DNA of 56,011 nt from Girardia tigrina (Eukaryota), in contig MQRK01223771.1 of assembly GCA_001938485.1 (NCBI GenBank), positions 33,231 to 89,241 of the forward strand, read 5' to 3'. The position numbers and the translations under genes were made by a program. Shown here one piece after another: positions 29,201 to 44,200 of the stretch. Numbering within the stretch: the stretch's first letter is position 1; each line of letters starts with the position of its first letter. The notes under the pieces are model-generated. The model worked only from the letters and a program-made list of their open reading frames with translations, was not told the origin of the DNA and did no database searches.

Positions 29201-32200
29201 AATTTTTTGTGAACAGTGGTATTAGATAAAAAAATAGATTTTGTTTATACAGTGACAAGGATGTGGGACATTTAAACATTTAAAAATGAAATAAAAAAAT
29301 GTAATTCATGTTTAAATAAAATTTCTCTTCAATGACGGAGTTCTATTATCATCCGAGTGATGTGCCAACACATTAGAACAATTATAATTATTGAATTTCT
29401 TTTGGGGATCTCTTTTTAATATTCATGAAATATTTTATATTATGTTAAATGGTGTGGCTTAGTTGTCATGCCCTACAGCTTTACGAGACCTGGACATCGA
29501 TTATGATGGGTATTTGCTGCAATTAACTAGACGATAAGATGAAAAATATTTTGAATAAACAATGGGTTAATCTATCTGTCAACATGTCAAAGCTCCACCT
29601 TGCACCGCATTTATAATTCAGGATTTATCAAGCCGAAGATTTGTTGACCGTAGAAAACTCGACTGTGTAAATTTTAACAAACAAATGCCTTATTGATGAG
29701 GATTAAATTATTTGTGGATAAATTAAGAGACAGTTTTAATCATAAAAAAGCACCAATACATATTCAGAATCTGAAACTTTTTGAAAATTCCAATGTGACA
29801 CATGATTTCTTTACAACTTTTTTTGCAGTAAATATTTTACATTATAAATTTCAGTGTCAATCCTTAAGCAAACCTTTTTCTGAAATAATTATTCCCTTGC
29901 CATTTAAGTCTACTCACAGACGAGCAATTTCTGATACAATTTCCGAATCAATTGAAGTAAAAGTGTACTTAATTTCCAGAGATCAAAACATTTCCCTTGT
30001 GGTTGAAAATTTTGTAATAAATGGTATGAAATTAACTAACAATTTGTTGACCCTCTACTAATAGCAAGTGTGAGGGAAAATTCCGAATGTTATAAGTTTG
30101 CTATTCGTATGTTGTTTAGATTTGTGTCTGTCCTACTCAGATGGGGTTGATATGTTATTGATTAATTATTTAAAATTTTATTACTAAAATTTTTAGTAAA
30201 CGATTTAAATTATTGAATTTATCCAATAAAATTTTGAGAAATTAAAAGTTATTATTCTTATCCCATTAATTAATTTAAAGATTTGAATATAGCTACAAAA
30301 ACATGTTAATCAAGAATGATGCTTCCCGCAGAAATTGCTACTGAAAATGTTTGTGTTGTTAATAAATGTTTACACTCAAATTGTGATGTTGCTAATAGCG
30401 AGTACCACAAATTCTTCTCTAATATTTCAAATCATAAGTGATATATATTATATTTATATCAGATGTTGCTCTCAACATAGTACTTAGTAAAATACCTTAT
30501 AATTGTAATCATGGACTACTCTAAATTCTTTGTCTTTCTCATCTATTGTAAGATTGCAACCTCGAGATAAAAACTAATTTCAAGGAATTCAATGAGAATA
30601 TTGTGAAAGTAACCATAGTCAAAAATACGATACATTAATCAGACTTTGCAGATATTGGAAAACTCCATAAATTCTTAAAAGTTCAGTTTAATTTTACACA
30701 TTTTGATTTAGGATTTAAAAATTAATTATAAAATGCATTATTCTTGTGAGGAATATTTTCGAATGGTGTTTATTGTATGTTGTATTTAGTGTGTTGTTTT
30801 TAGGATTGTGTTACTTCCATCCAGATAAAAGATTCATAGTTGAAATGTTTTGAACTGTCCGATTATTTGGAAAATTTTGAAATATAAATAACAACTTAAA
30901 AATTAAATTAATATATTTTAATTAATAAGTATTTTAATAAAGATATTTTAAATCTATTTGAAAGTCACTGAAAATATTTAATAGTGGATTTTAACTTAAA
31001 GATTTATTTTATCATAAAAGAGATATTTAAAATGAATTAAAATATTTTTGAAAATAATTTAAAAATATTGTAGTTAGGAATTGTAATTTAAATTGGCTCG
31101 AATAATTAGAGATTTAGAAATAGAATGAATATTTATCGATCAAGAATGAAGTCTAACTACGAAAGTTTTGTTGAGAATTGTCTTGTAGGTAATTTGAGTT
31201 GTGATGTCAATAAAAGTAGTGTTCTTAATAACTCTAAAGACATTTTAGACTGAAATTTATATAAATGGATTTTTGTAAGTTAGATTTTTTGTCCATAAAG
31301 ACAACAGTAAAAATGTTTTTGTCAGTGTATTTGTAAGTCGTTTTATGTCATTTTCATTATCATTAAGTTCGCAATTCATATTCTACACAAAAACTTATCA
31401 CTATAACAAACATATATTTTCAAATAAATTTTCGTTAACTAAATTTTCTATTTCACCGAATCTTTAATTAATTTAGTTTAAATTAGTATCCTAGTTTTAA
31501 TTTTTTTAATTTTATTTATTATATTCTAGAACATGTTTTGAAATTTTAATTTAATCAAACTTTTTATTTTGTAAAATTTATTTATAAAATATATTCTAAT
31601 TACAAATAAAATTAAATTATTTAATTTATACAAAACCCTAATTTTCCAAACTATTTAATATAATTTTAATTTATTGACAAATAATTTCTTGGTAGTCTTT
31701 TATTATAAATTTATATAAATATAATCTCGTTTATTATTTATTTAAAATTCTTATTTTAAAAATCCGTTTACTGATTATTTATCTTTAATTCAATATATCA
31801 ACTTTATTTAATGTATGCTTTTGTAAGATTTTAACTCTGTTTTTTTTGTTTTATTTAACTTTTGTTAAAAATTTTAAATGAAAAGAAATTAACAAAAAAT
31901 AATTAAAAAATATTAATATTAACATTTAAATAATTAAACATGTAAAAAATTATATTAATGATTAATAATTAGTATTGAAACCTGAAAATCCCGAAAAGGA
32001 AGCAGAAGATTGGACAAAAAAGTTAAATATCAGTAATGATTTTACATTCTTTTAGCGAGAATTGATCCTTTCCTAACAGAACCGTGTTCCGAGGACAGTC
32101 GATGTCAGTTCCGCGACTGTAAGACTGTAGATAATATGCTGATTTGTCAGTGAGTCAAGGCATTTCTATTATTTTAAATTTATATTCCTTAAATAAATTA

Positions 32201-35200
32201 GATAGGTTTTGCAACAATGAGTCATTATTCTCATTAACAATACCGTTTTTTTATTTCAATATCATTCTCTAATTGCTTTTATAAAGAGACAGCAGATTAG
32301 AGCAAAAATGTAAACGGAAATAAAAATAAACAAATAAAAATTTTAATGAGATTAAGTTTCTGTTTGATTTATAAATGGGGAACCTATGAATACCAGTCGG
32401 ATGTACCTTCAAGTAATTGTGACCTAGTAGTACTATAAATTGTTTGAGATCTTTTTTACGGACAGTGAACTCACAGACTACTAAATTTAGGGCTTGGTTG
32501 AGAAAATTTTTTAGTTTGATCAAACCTATGCATATGAAGCGCAAATAAATTAATCATTTTTAAAATTTTATAAAATTAAATATATAATAAAATTTATAAT
32601 TAAAAGTAACTGCAATAAAAGTAAGAACTGCCAAAAAATCATTTCTCTTTCACATGAATATAAAGAACCAAATCGCATTTGAAAGATGTATGGCTCTGGA
32701 CGCCAGAAATGTGGAGCCCTGTGTTATTTTCTGATGAAAGTTAATTTTGTCAATTTAATAGTTACATTCGATATGTTCATCGTCCAAAAAATACAGGTCA
32801 TAAGCTTAAGTACACATTAGTAACTGTGCGAAATCCCCTTTCCCTCATATTTTGAGCATGTTTCTGTGGAAGTGGAGCAGGAGATTAGTACTTCTTTCTC
32901 AGGAACACAACGATGAAGGCGGAAAATTACCTCTATAATCTTTTACAGCAGCATCTGCAACCATCAATGGAACGCCTTGGTTGCAGTCATTTTCAGCACA
33001 ATGATGTGCCTTGTCATAAGTTCCGAGTTGTGTCAAACTGGTTGACTGCTGAAGGTATTACGGTGTAATCGTGGCCAGGACAAAACCCAGATGTAAATCT
33101 CAGTGAGAATATTTGGATGAAAATGAAATGCGGAACAATCTGATGGAGAACATCCGACAAGTTTGGTCAGTTCAACTCTCTCTTGTCTTTTGTAATGTTC
33201 TGCTTGACTGCATGCCTACTCGAATTCATGAGGTCTGGAAAAATAAGGGACACCATTCAAAATACTGAATTCTGCTTGATATCTATCAATTAATAAGTTG
33301 TACTTCAATTAATTGTTCTGTATCTGTTTTGCATTCCGATGTATCTTGAGAATTTTGACATTTTTCTTAATTTCGCAAAATATGTCAAACTATTGGCGGT
33401 AGCTGTATATATTGATATTCACTGTAATTATAAATGAGTAAAATAATTATCTGATGTTAATAATTGATAATAATATTTTTAATATTATCAATAAAAAAAT
33501 TTTTTTATAAAAACAACCACGTTTTTCAAGCATTACCAATGCACTAAAAAGAGGAAAATAATTTTTTTCTAGACATGTGAGAAATTTTATACCTAACCNN
33601 NNNNNNNNNNNNNNNNNNNNNNNNNNNNNNNNNNNNNNNNNNNNNNNNNNNNNNNNNNNNNNNNNNNNNNNNNNNNNNNNNNNNNNNNNNNNNNNNNNNN
33701 NNNNNNNNNNNNNNNNNNNNNNNNNNNNNNNNNNNNNNNNNNNNNNNNNNNNNNNNNNNNNNNNNNNNNNNNNNNNNNNNNNNNNNNNNNNNNNNNNNNN
33801 NNNNNNNNNNNNNNNNNNNNNNNNNNNNNNNNNNNNNNNNNNNNNNNNNNNNNNNNNNNNNNNNNNNNNNNNNNNNNNNNNNNNNNNNNNNNNNNNNNNN
33901 NNNNNNNNNNNNNNNNNNNNNNNNNNNNNNNNNNNNNNNNNNNNNNNNNNNNNNNNNNNNNNNNNNTAAAAAAATTCAGCTCAATTGGATGACTGAAAGT
34001 GGTCGAAAAATCAATCGCAAGATTTGTTCCAGACAAACAGACAAACAGACAAGAAAGCAAGCTAATAAAAACGTGGTAAAATGATTTATTTCCATTTACA
34101 ATATTTGCTCTATTTAAACAATTATAACACCAAATATCTAATTACTCTCCTCCATTATCTTCAATTTTATTATATTTATTTTATTTAATTTCAAAATTAT
34201 CTCTGAAGATATGATTCTTTCTTTTTATCATAACAAACTGAAGTGTAATCAGTATCCATCTAATGTGTTACCTGATCTACAAATTCGTCATCGCTGTCTG
34301 TGGTCAAATCATCGGAACCAATGATACTAGATTCTTGAATTTTCGTTGCTCATCTGAGATGGGATACATGCTTTGTAGTCCCATTGTCAGAGAGCTCGAC
34401 GCTTACTGCGGTTTTCAGTTACTTAATTATATGCAATTCAGACCATGGCTCATCTCATTTTCAATTAATTTTCAAATAAACACACTCCCAACACTGAAAG
34501 AATTTTTTGCTATGTTGTCATAATTATCCTTCCAGCTACATAATTTCTAAAATATACTATCTAAATGCCAAACTCATTTCTTCAGCCGAAATTTATGCAA
34601 TTTAACCAAATGCAGAAACTTGTTGCTGAGTCTACTATCGTCAAATATGTAACATCACTGAAATAATTCACGTCACTATAGAGTTGATACTTTGTCAGTC
34701 GATAACACAGTGTAACACATTTTTTGCCCGGCTGTTAATTTATTCGTGTCCTATACCATTTTGACACGCTGAAAACGAATCCGATAATCATTTTTTTCCT
34801 CCGTCCTTGGTTTGGCAAAAATTTGAAAAAATAAACATTTTTTGATATTTCATTTTTATTACAGCCATATTTCAAAGTTTTGTCTAAATTCTTTTTCTGC
34901 CGGGCTTCTATTTTTCATTAGCAGATGTATATACCCTCTCTCAATATATGTATAATAATTTGTTCAAACTGATGTTGGAGATAAAATTTTGGTGTCTGTC
35001 TATTATAAATAGCTACCAAAATGGCGACATTTACCGTTCAGCAGTGTCAGGCGAATTGCAATATATCATCTTTTANNNNNNNNNNNNNNNNNNNNNNNNN
35101 NNNNNNNNNNNNNNNNNNNNNNNNNNNNNNNNNNNNNNNNNNNNNNNNNNNNNNNNNNNNNNNNNNNNNNNNNNNNNNNNNNNNNNNNNNNNNNNNNNNN

Positions 35201-38200
35201 NNNNNNNNNNNNNTACTGATTTTAAAAATGAAATCCGTTTTTTCCATCAGGTCTATTTTTCGTGATGAGTTGCAAGTTTCATTTTAATGATCCTGTGAGT
35301 GTGTATGTATAGGTGAGAGAAAGAGAGACAGAGGGATACTTTTATTAGAGGGATTTTTTATTACTTGCGGTGCTGAGCAGATCTTTAAAAAATATTACAT
35401 TGATTTATGAATTTTTTAACTTGATCCAACGTGACTGGGCTGACTCCATATTTCTCTTTTAGTATTTCATTCGTTCTGTAGTCCCCAATGTGACAAATAT
35501 CATGAATGTGTTTTATTTCATCAACGCTCGGATTCAGGTTCATTTCAATAGCATACAGTGACTCTTGTTTCTTCACCGACTGTTTCAGAATCATGGATAA
35601 CGAATTATCTGATAAATTAGACCGGAATTTAACCACTTCTAGTACCACTTACAGTCTTTCCTTCTCCTTCAACTTTTTCCTGATATCGAGCCTTTATTGC
35701 ACTAGATGTTCAGATAAGGTGCAGGTTCTTGGGTAATGTGTGTTCTTGAATACTGACATGAGTCATTGGTATACTGCTGCTGAGTTCGTCAGCAGCTTGA
35801 AGTTATTAAAATCCCAAGTTATCTCCAAATTTATACCTCTAATGCCCCATTCAGTTCGCTCATATTTATGTAGTTAATATCCTCCACTTATCTTATTGAA
35901 GTAACGTTCTCAATAATATCTCTGTTAAGAAGCCCCTACATTGATATACTACTTGTATCTGTCCAAATAATCACACAATCATTACAATTGACCATTCACT
36001 TACTTGTAACAGGATCTCCATCAATTCTCAATCTCTGATTGATTTCATTGGTCTTTTCTAATAACTCTTTGGGCACTATTTCTTCAAAGTCTTTCTTATA
36101 ATTAGCAGTAAGTCCACTCCCCTAAGATTACATGTACATCTCATTGCTTTGTCGAGATCTTTTGTTTCAAGCCATTGGTCTATTTTTACTCTAAATGGCT
36201 TGCCACATTTAGTCCAAGAACCTTTACATCTTTATTAAAGCCAATTTTTTCAATCGGTTTAGACTCTAATCCTGAAAATTTTTTGCCACATCATCTGCAT
36301 TACAATATTCTTTCTTTTTATTGAAAATTTAAAGCTATACCAATATAAAAACATGTTTATTATTTGTATTGATGAAACTGTTGTATGAAGAAAAAACTGT
36401 GGATTTTATTGAAAAAATCGTCAATATAGGAAACATGAACAATTATGGTTCATTGAATAGTTTATCATTAGAAAAAACCGTTCGGACAATGCAACCAAGG
36501 AATTCTCTAAATTTGGACGTTCTCGAAGATCGGAATGATGGTTTTTGAACGATCAATAAATTTATTTTTAAATAAACTGTTTTTTTATAATTTTTTGTTA
36601 TAATTTTTTGTTATAATTTTTATTTTTTTAAATTAAATTAAAATATTTTTATTAAATTAAATTATTTTTTTAAAAAAAATTCATTATAAAACACGCTTTA
36701 TTTTTAAGATTTAATATATGTATTCAAATTTTATAAGCTACTTAAAAATAAATTTGCGTAATTTTTATTATTTTTTTTGGATTTCAAATTTTATTTACAA
36801 GTTCAAGATCAATTAAAACTTTATAAATCTGTTTTTTTGTAAAATGTTTTTAACTCCTGCTCTAAATAATTGAGATTTTAAAATTTAAGTTCATCAACAT
36901 TAACATAAAATTGTGAAAAGTTTTTTATTTATAATTATAATTATATGGTTAATTAAATTGGTTAATTAACTGTTAGGTCCCCATGATAGATATCGTTTTA
37001 GAAACACGATTCACGAAACAATTATTTAAATTTATAAAGATTTTTCAATTTTACGAAAAAAATAAAATTGTATTTCTTTTTTTTGGATTCTTAAAATCGT
37101 TTACAAGCAAATTTTCATTACTAAAACTTTGTTTCGTACTCACTTCGTCTACTTCATCTGTAAATGGAATCGAGGGAGATTAATATATTTTCAGATTTTC
37201 AGACTTTAGCAAATCAAACACGGTTCTCTGAACTAAATAAGCTGAAATTATAAATAAATATTATTATTATTAGTTTATTATATAATTCAGAAAAAATATT
37301 TTCTTAAAATAGACATCTTTCTTTATTGATAAAATTTTATTATATAAAGTTATTTATTTTTTTTTGAAAATAAATAAGGAGAGATGAAGATTGAGAAAAC
37401 GATGATGTCTTGTTTATATTTTCTGAAAAAGGTACTGTAATGCAAACTTTTATTAATTTTAATATTAATATTCAGAGCACGACAATTAAGTTTCGAAAAT
37501 TAAGTCTCAGAAAATTAAATCACGGAAAATTAAATAGTTTCTTTCGATAAAAAATTTAAAAAAAATTAAAAATACAAGTAAAATTTAAGTAAAATGTAGA
37601 AAAAAATTAAAAAAAATTTCAGTAAATTTTAGAAGAAATATAAAATTCAAGTAAATTTAAAAAAAAATGAAAAAATCAATTAAATTGTAGAAAAAAATAA
37701 GAATTCATGTAAAAATTTAGGTACAATTTAGAAAAAAAAGAAAAAATGAAGTCAATTTTAGAAATTGTTCAGTTTTTTTGTTCTAAAATTTCTTGGAGTT
37801 TTTGATTTTTTTTTCAAATTTATTATTTAAAGAAACCATTTAATTTTCTGAGACTTAATTTTCCAGACTTAATTGTCGTGCCTTTTTTATGCAAACATGG
37901 ATAGATCTGAAAAGTAAGAGCATTTAGTGATTAGAAATAATTAGAATACAAGATTTTTCTATACGGTTAATAAAAAAGTTTCTTTCAATAAATCATATTA
38001 TTTTAATAATAAATTATAACTTTTATATGAATATTTAGTGAAAGTGTTTAGGATGCGCTGCGACTCTTCTTCGTTGTTCCCATCTCAGTTACCAAGGAAG
38101 GTTTGTCCTACAGTTGCAACGCACCAGAAATTTTGTAATATATTCTTTAGTTTAATAAATATTTATATATAACTTTGGATCTAGATTGCATTCAGAAATA

Positions 38201-41200
38201 CCAAATAATTTTCGGACTTCTTCTATTTCTATTGATTCTTGTCACCATTTTGAGCATATTTTGGTACAGGTAATCGTAAATAATATTATATATAATTATA
38301 TAATAGAGCTTTTATTTCAGAATAAAAAATAATATTTAAATGAAAGAATATAAGATTTTCATAATGATTTATATTTTATTATTTATTTGTAATAAATATT
38401 TTATCTAAATTGTTATAAGGTGAAAAATTGTATGTATCAAAGATTTACAAAATATGTTAACTGGTTCGATTTTGAAGTTTTGATCTTCCATTTCAAATTA
38501 AAAGCTAAGAATTGCTTTAAAAGATCTTTTATAACTCCTAAATAAAATTATTTAAACAAATTATCAAAAAATAATTTATAATATTGTTTTTATATTTAAT
38601 CTTTTCTCATCGAATTTCGAATATTTTTCTTAGTTTTTCGATATTTCGGTCGATCTGCATGTCATCCTCTTTCTGCAATATGCATATCTTTCTATATCTT
38701 TGATCATATATCTGCTCCACAATTGTATATGGTTTTTCATATCGTTCTTGACCTTTATTTCTTGCTTCCACCTTGTCTAATTACCTATCTCTCTTTTGAA
38801 ACTTTTTCTTTATTAAAATTGTATCATCATTCTTGAATTAGCGGTCTGTATGTCCTTAAGGATATTATTTTTCTCTACAGATCTTTTTACATAACTTCAG
38901 CTGGAATCTTTCCAATTATTTTTTGTATAATTTAATTCAGAGTTTCCGGAAAGATTTCAGCCCAATCAGTTTTTTCAATCAGATAATGTTGAGTTCATCG
39001 TGTTCCTCATAGTTGAGCATATCATAGTTCAGAATTTTCGTTCTATCTATCCATAAGAATTTTGATGGTACGGGTTTGAAAAACATAATACTACCTCTAA
39101 GCTAGTAACAAACTCATTTACCGCTTTCAAATCGAATAACCTACCACAAAAGAAATGAATTTTCTCGTAGTAACCACTTAAATGTTTTGACAATGTACAC
39201 ATCTATAAACGACTTGTTGGATTATCTGTCATATTCTTTGTTGCGCATTTATTTTTCATGTAGGATTAGGCTCCTGTGTGACCCAACATTCGATATATCT
39301 CCTAAACTTTTCTTTCGATTTCATAGTCTGAAAACCAAATTTTTTTTGTGCTGGCTGAGACTTTTCTAACCATGGCAATTTAGCACTCACTTAGCTTTGG
39401 GGCTGTATCATTTCTTTTGTTCCGATTTGTGTTTCCACATGAGTGACATTTATGCTCCCTTGTATATGTGTTTGCTTGGTCCAAAGTTCCATGTGGATGT
39501 ATCAATGGTCCGTTTTGAGAGAAACATCCATGTAACTTTTATTGACATTAACGCTCTGTGTGTTTTTATTTATGTCATCTATCTTAATGATATTTTTTTT
39601 AAATTTACAACATCTTCTAATTCAAGGAATTTTAGCTTCTTTAGCTATGTCGTTCTGGTTCACGCACTGTATCAGCATGCGAGATGTCACGTCCTCTTCC
39701 GCTAAATTGTTGGACAGAACTGTTTCATTAAAGTTTTAACCTTCTGTAAATACATTTGAATATTTTTAAATTCTCGACGAAATTGGAACAAGTCTTTCTA
39801 GTCTGCAATTATATATTTGGGTCTTTCGATGGCTAATCGTAGCTTGTCATCAAAAACCCTGGTTTGCCGTTTTCTTACATTCCTCGATTAGTTCTTCATC
39901 TATCATACAATAGACTAACTTTTCTCCAGTTTTTTTTGGCTTGTTCGTGACATTGAAGTAACGATTAAACTGCCTTAAAAATTTATCAATGTCATCTCCG
40001 CCGAAGAACTTTGTCGGTTAAAGATGATCTGTAATAGAATTTGCCATAGTCACATGTTAACTTGGTGAACTTCCAAATAGTTATTATCTTCCATTTAAAA
40101 TTAAAAGTTCAGATTTGTTTTCAAATATACATTCAAAATCGAAAAATAAAATTATTTATATAAATTATTAAAAAATAATTTGTAATAAATTTTTAATTAT
40201 CTAACTAAATGAATTTTAAAAATAAAAGAAAATCTTTAAAAAATATTATTAAAATATAATATAGTCTTAAAAAAGTCTCAAATGTATTCTGAAATATATA
40301 ATTGTCTTTGAAAGGCAGACTAAGTTTAAATTCATGTATCTATTGAATATATATTTTCATGACTTTTTGAGTTGTAACAATAAATCTCCCAAAGAAATAT
40401 TTTTAGTAATAATTTTTGATAAATAGTTGGTCACACAACAAGTTAAACCATTGAATTCTGAAGAGACTTGTTTAAATGTACAAGTAAAGCGTAAGGCACC
40501 TAGAAAGTTTAAATTATAAATAATTATATTATTTTAACATGAAAAGAGTGGCATAAGAAGGGAAGTTTGTTAAAAGTTGGAATAAAAATTATTTAACATT
40601 TTAGTCTGGAGAAGCGTTTTACAATCCGTGTTCCTATGATTTGTGGTAGTTGGCGAAAATATTTACGTGGGTTGTATAAATATCATAAATTTGCTTCAAG
40701 TTTTAACATATTTTGTAAAAAAAACGTTTCAATTATTGACAAATGTTGGATTGCAAAGCTAGCTTACTTATCAAACATATTTTAATTATTTAATGAACGA
40801 AATTTAAGCTTGCAAGGAAATGTTGATTTTCAAAATAAAATTGAGTCATTCGAGGTAAAGTTAAAACTACGGTGTAAGCGTGAGAAGAAAAAAAGCTATG
40901 ATATATTTTTTAATGCAGTACTATTAATATCATCTCAATATTCCAATTTTAGTTGATTGCTACATTTGGTCAGTAATAATTTTTTTTAATTAGTGATTAT
41001 TGACTTTAAATCTGTTGAGAAACATTGGTCTAGGGGGCCGTCCATAAAAAACGTCACACCAGAGTGGGGAAAGGGTAACAGAATTTTGTGACGAAGTGTA
41101 ACGATGGCAAGGGCCGGTTGGAAATCTGATAAAATCACGTGAGGTCATTTATGATCAGCCACTAGATATGCATAGTTCATGCTGTTTCTGCCAAATAAAT

Positions 41201-44200
41201 TGAGACTAGTCCTTTGGATCATTAAAATTTAGGGTTTAATTTTTTGTCCGATTCTTATCGATTTTGCAAATTTAAATCACTATTGAATATGAGATCAATA
41301 TTCATTTGAATATTTCGATGGATAGGGATGCGTTTAAAATTGAAATCATGAGTATTCCTAATGTTGGGTTCGAGATCATTAATTGAATTCATAACACGTA
41401 AAATATTTATTTTTTATAACAATAACGATTATCAAAACATACACTAAAACCTCGATTTGCATCGTTAATTGGGCCCGAAAATGACGACGCAAATCGAAAT
41501 TCATTTTCCTATATAACTATTTTGTTGATTAGTACTAAATAAAATATTTCCTTGCATTATAAACTATTTTTATTTCAATTATTATGTATGTACATAATAT
41601 ACATAAACCAACATAAATAAAATTTAACACATAAATTCATTAAATATTAAATAAAATAACATAAAATTTCATTAAATAAACAGAATAAAAATCCATTGCA
41701 CAGTAACTTATATGTTGTATTTTTTTGATAATTCTAATTTGATGAACTTGACGATTCTTAATCGATCATTATTTCTGTAGACTGGTTTGGTTCTCGAACT
41801 GATTTGGTTACAAAGTTGTCCAAAGTTTGCTGAACTTTTCCCGCTTTTTTTCTAGATCGAAATGCGAAATCCACTTTATATGTACATATAAAATTTACGC
41901 AACGCAAATCGAAATTGTAACGACGCAACTCTGAAATCACGAAATTTCAAGAACAACGCAACTTCGAAAACGAGGCAAATCGAGGTTTTAGTGTATTTCT
42001 GGGGAACTATTTTTCTATTTTGTATGAATCAGATACAAATAAATATAAATATAAATATGATTTATAATCGTCAAAAATTTATATAAATATTTTTATATTA
42101 AAATTTCATCACAACATTTATTTTAGTATTATTAAATTCTTATTTTTCCATTAAAAACTTATCATAACTTATTAATCTTGATATTATTTGTTTATTTTTT
42201 TAAATTTTCGAGCTAATTCTTTAATTTCTTGTATTAGGAAACCATTTATTATTTTTTTAATTTTCGCTTAAAAATATTTTATTGTAATAATTCCCACCAA
42301 TAAAAATCTCTAAAACCTTTTATTTTCAAAATTTCCAACTTTAAACTTATGAAAAAAATATTTTCTTGTAAAAAACTCTTTTCAATATAATTCTTTTCCA
42401 TTCTTTTCAATACCAGATCTTTAGGTTCTAAGATTAATGTGCAAACGGGTCTATCGAAAACCCTATTGAGCGTGTTTAGATGACATAATAATCCTTTGAT
42501 GACGTAATCACTGCTTGTTCATATTTTTCTTGAGACCTGACAATGACGATTATACCGTCGAAATTAATTGTCTTGAAAAATAAATGTCTATTTAACAAAT
42601 GGCGTATTTTTGTTTTTAAAAATATAAATACTTTTTATTTACTATTTTTAAAGTTCAATTTTAAAATTACTTAGAAAATATTTTAAAGTGTAAAAATTCT
42701 GATTTTAGATGTTTTTTATTTTCACATATTCAAAATTTTTTTACATTTGTCGAATGCTCACACCTTAGAAGAGGCTTCAATCACTGTTTTGTTTTTTTAA
42801 TTAAAATTGATAATTGGAATTGTATTTTTAAAATTACTGTATTATAATGATAATTATTATTAGTATTTATGAATTTAAAAATGTATTTTTAAATTTTAAG
42901 TCATAGGTTATAATAAAAACAATATATCTTGCTGTATATTGACAACTATGTCCAGCAGATCCAAAGAATAGAGTAATTTAATAATATAAAAATCATAATT
43001 TGCAAATCCATGGGTAACATTTAAATTGATTTAATTGCAATATATTTTTGTAGATTTTCCACAATCTTCACATTAAAATATCTATAATTGTAGTTACTTT
43101 TTACATTAAAATATGAAGAAAGACTTTTGTAGACATTTATTGGAGTTTTAAGTGATTTAATCAATATAGCTTCACAAAAATATCTTCCCCATTAATTTTA
43201 AACTTGCTTTTTTAAGAGGGTGGAAAATCTATCGAAATATATTGCAATTAAAACAAAATTTAATTTAATCAATGACGTTGTGACTATGAATATAAAACTT
43301 TGTCATTCTTTTCTAACATTTTTACATATATTATGTAAGAATATGATATATTTTTAAGAATAGTATTAAGAACACCAACATGGCTTTTCAAACTTTTATT
43401 TTCATTACAATCAGAATTGTCTTTTGGACAACTCTCAGCAAAACTCTCATCGTTCGACATCGTTCTAAATTGATAATTTTNNNNNNNNNNNNNNNNNNNN
43501 NNNNNNNNNNNNNNNNNNNNNNNNNNNNNNNNNNNNNNNNNNNNNNNNNNNNNNNNNNNNNNNNNNNNNNNNNNNNNNNNNNNNNNNNNNNNNNNNNNNN
43601 NNNNNNNNNNNNNNNNNNNNNNNNNNNNNNNNNNNNNNNNNNNNNNNNNNNNNNNNNNNNNNNNNNNNNNNNNNNNNNNNNNNNNNNNNNNNNNNNNNNN
43701 NNNNNNNNNNNNNNNNNNNNNNNNNNNNNNNNNNNNNNNNNNNAAATATCAATTTTCCATCTGGGTGGGAGAAACACATTTCCAAATACTAAACTCAACA
43801 TACAAAATTCAACAAACCAATTTCAACATACCAAATTTAAAATATTCCTCACAAATAGGAAAACGTGTACTTTTATTTTTTGAAAAATTTTATTTTACTG
43901 TTTGAAAAAAACATTTTTGAATTTTTATGAATTTTATTAAATTTAGTAATTATAAAATAGTATTTAATCAAGTATTTTAATAGAACATGATACTAAAAAT
44001 CAAAAGAAAAGATTATTTAGAAATCTGAATAAAACAATAATAATTTCTGCAGATATTTTTTCAGAATTTCTCTTTTGGCTTTCGGATAAAAATACGTTTT
44101 AAATTTCTGCTAAGTAGCTGGACAGAAGCAAACAAAACTTACAGTTTTTTGTTTTATTTTTATACCCCATAACAACAGCTTATACCTAGCTTACCTTGTT

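Noticed and set aside
29250-30061. 122-aa + strand ORF 29693-30061
   Set aside because: No domain is recognisable. The region starts with TA|CAGTG and has faint Tc1/mariner-like words on the minus strand, too decayed to call.
38100-38106. Alternative donor AAG|GTTTGT in exon 5
   Set aside because: It is phase 0 and would put the TM exon out of frame, with a stop after 7 codons.
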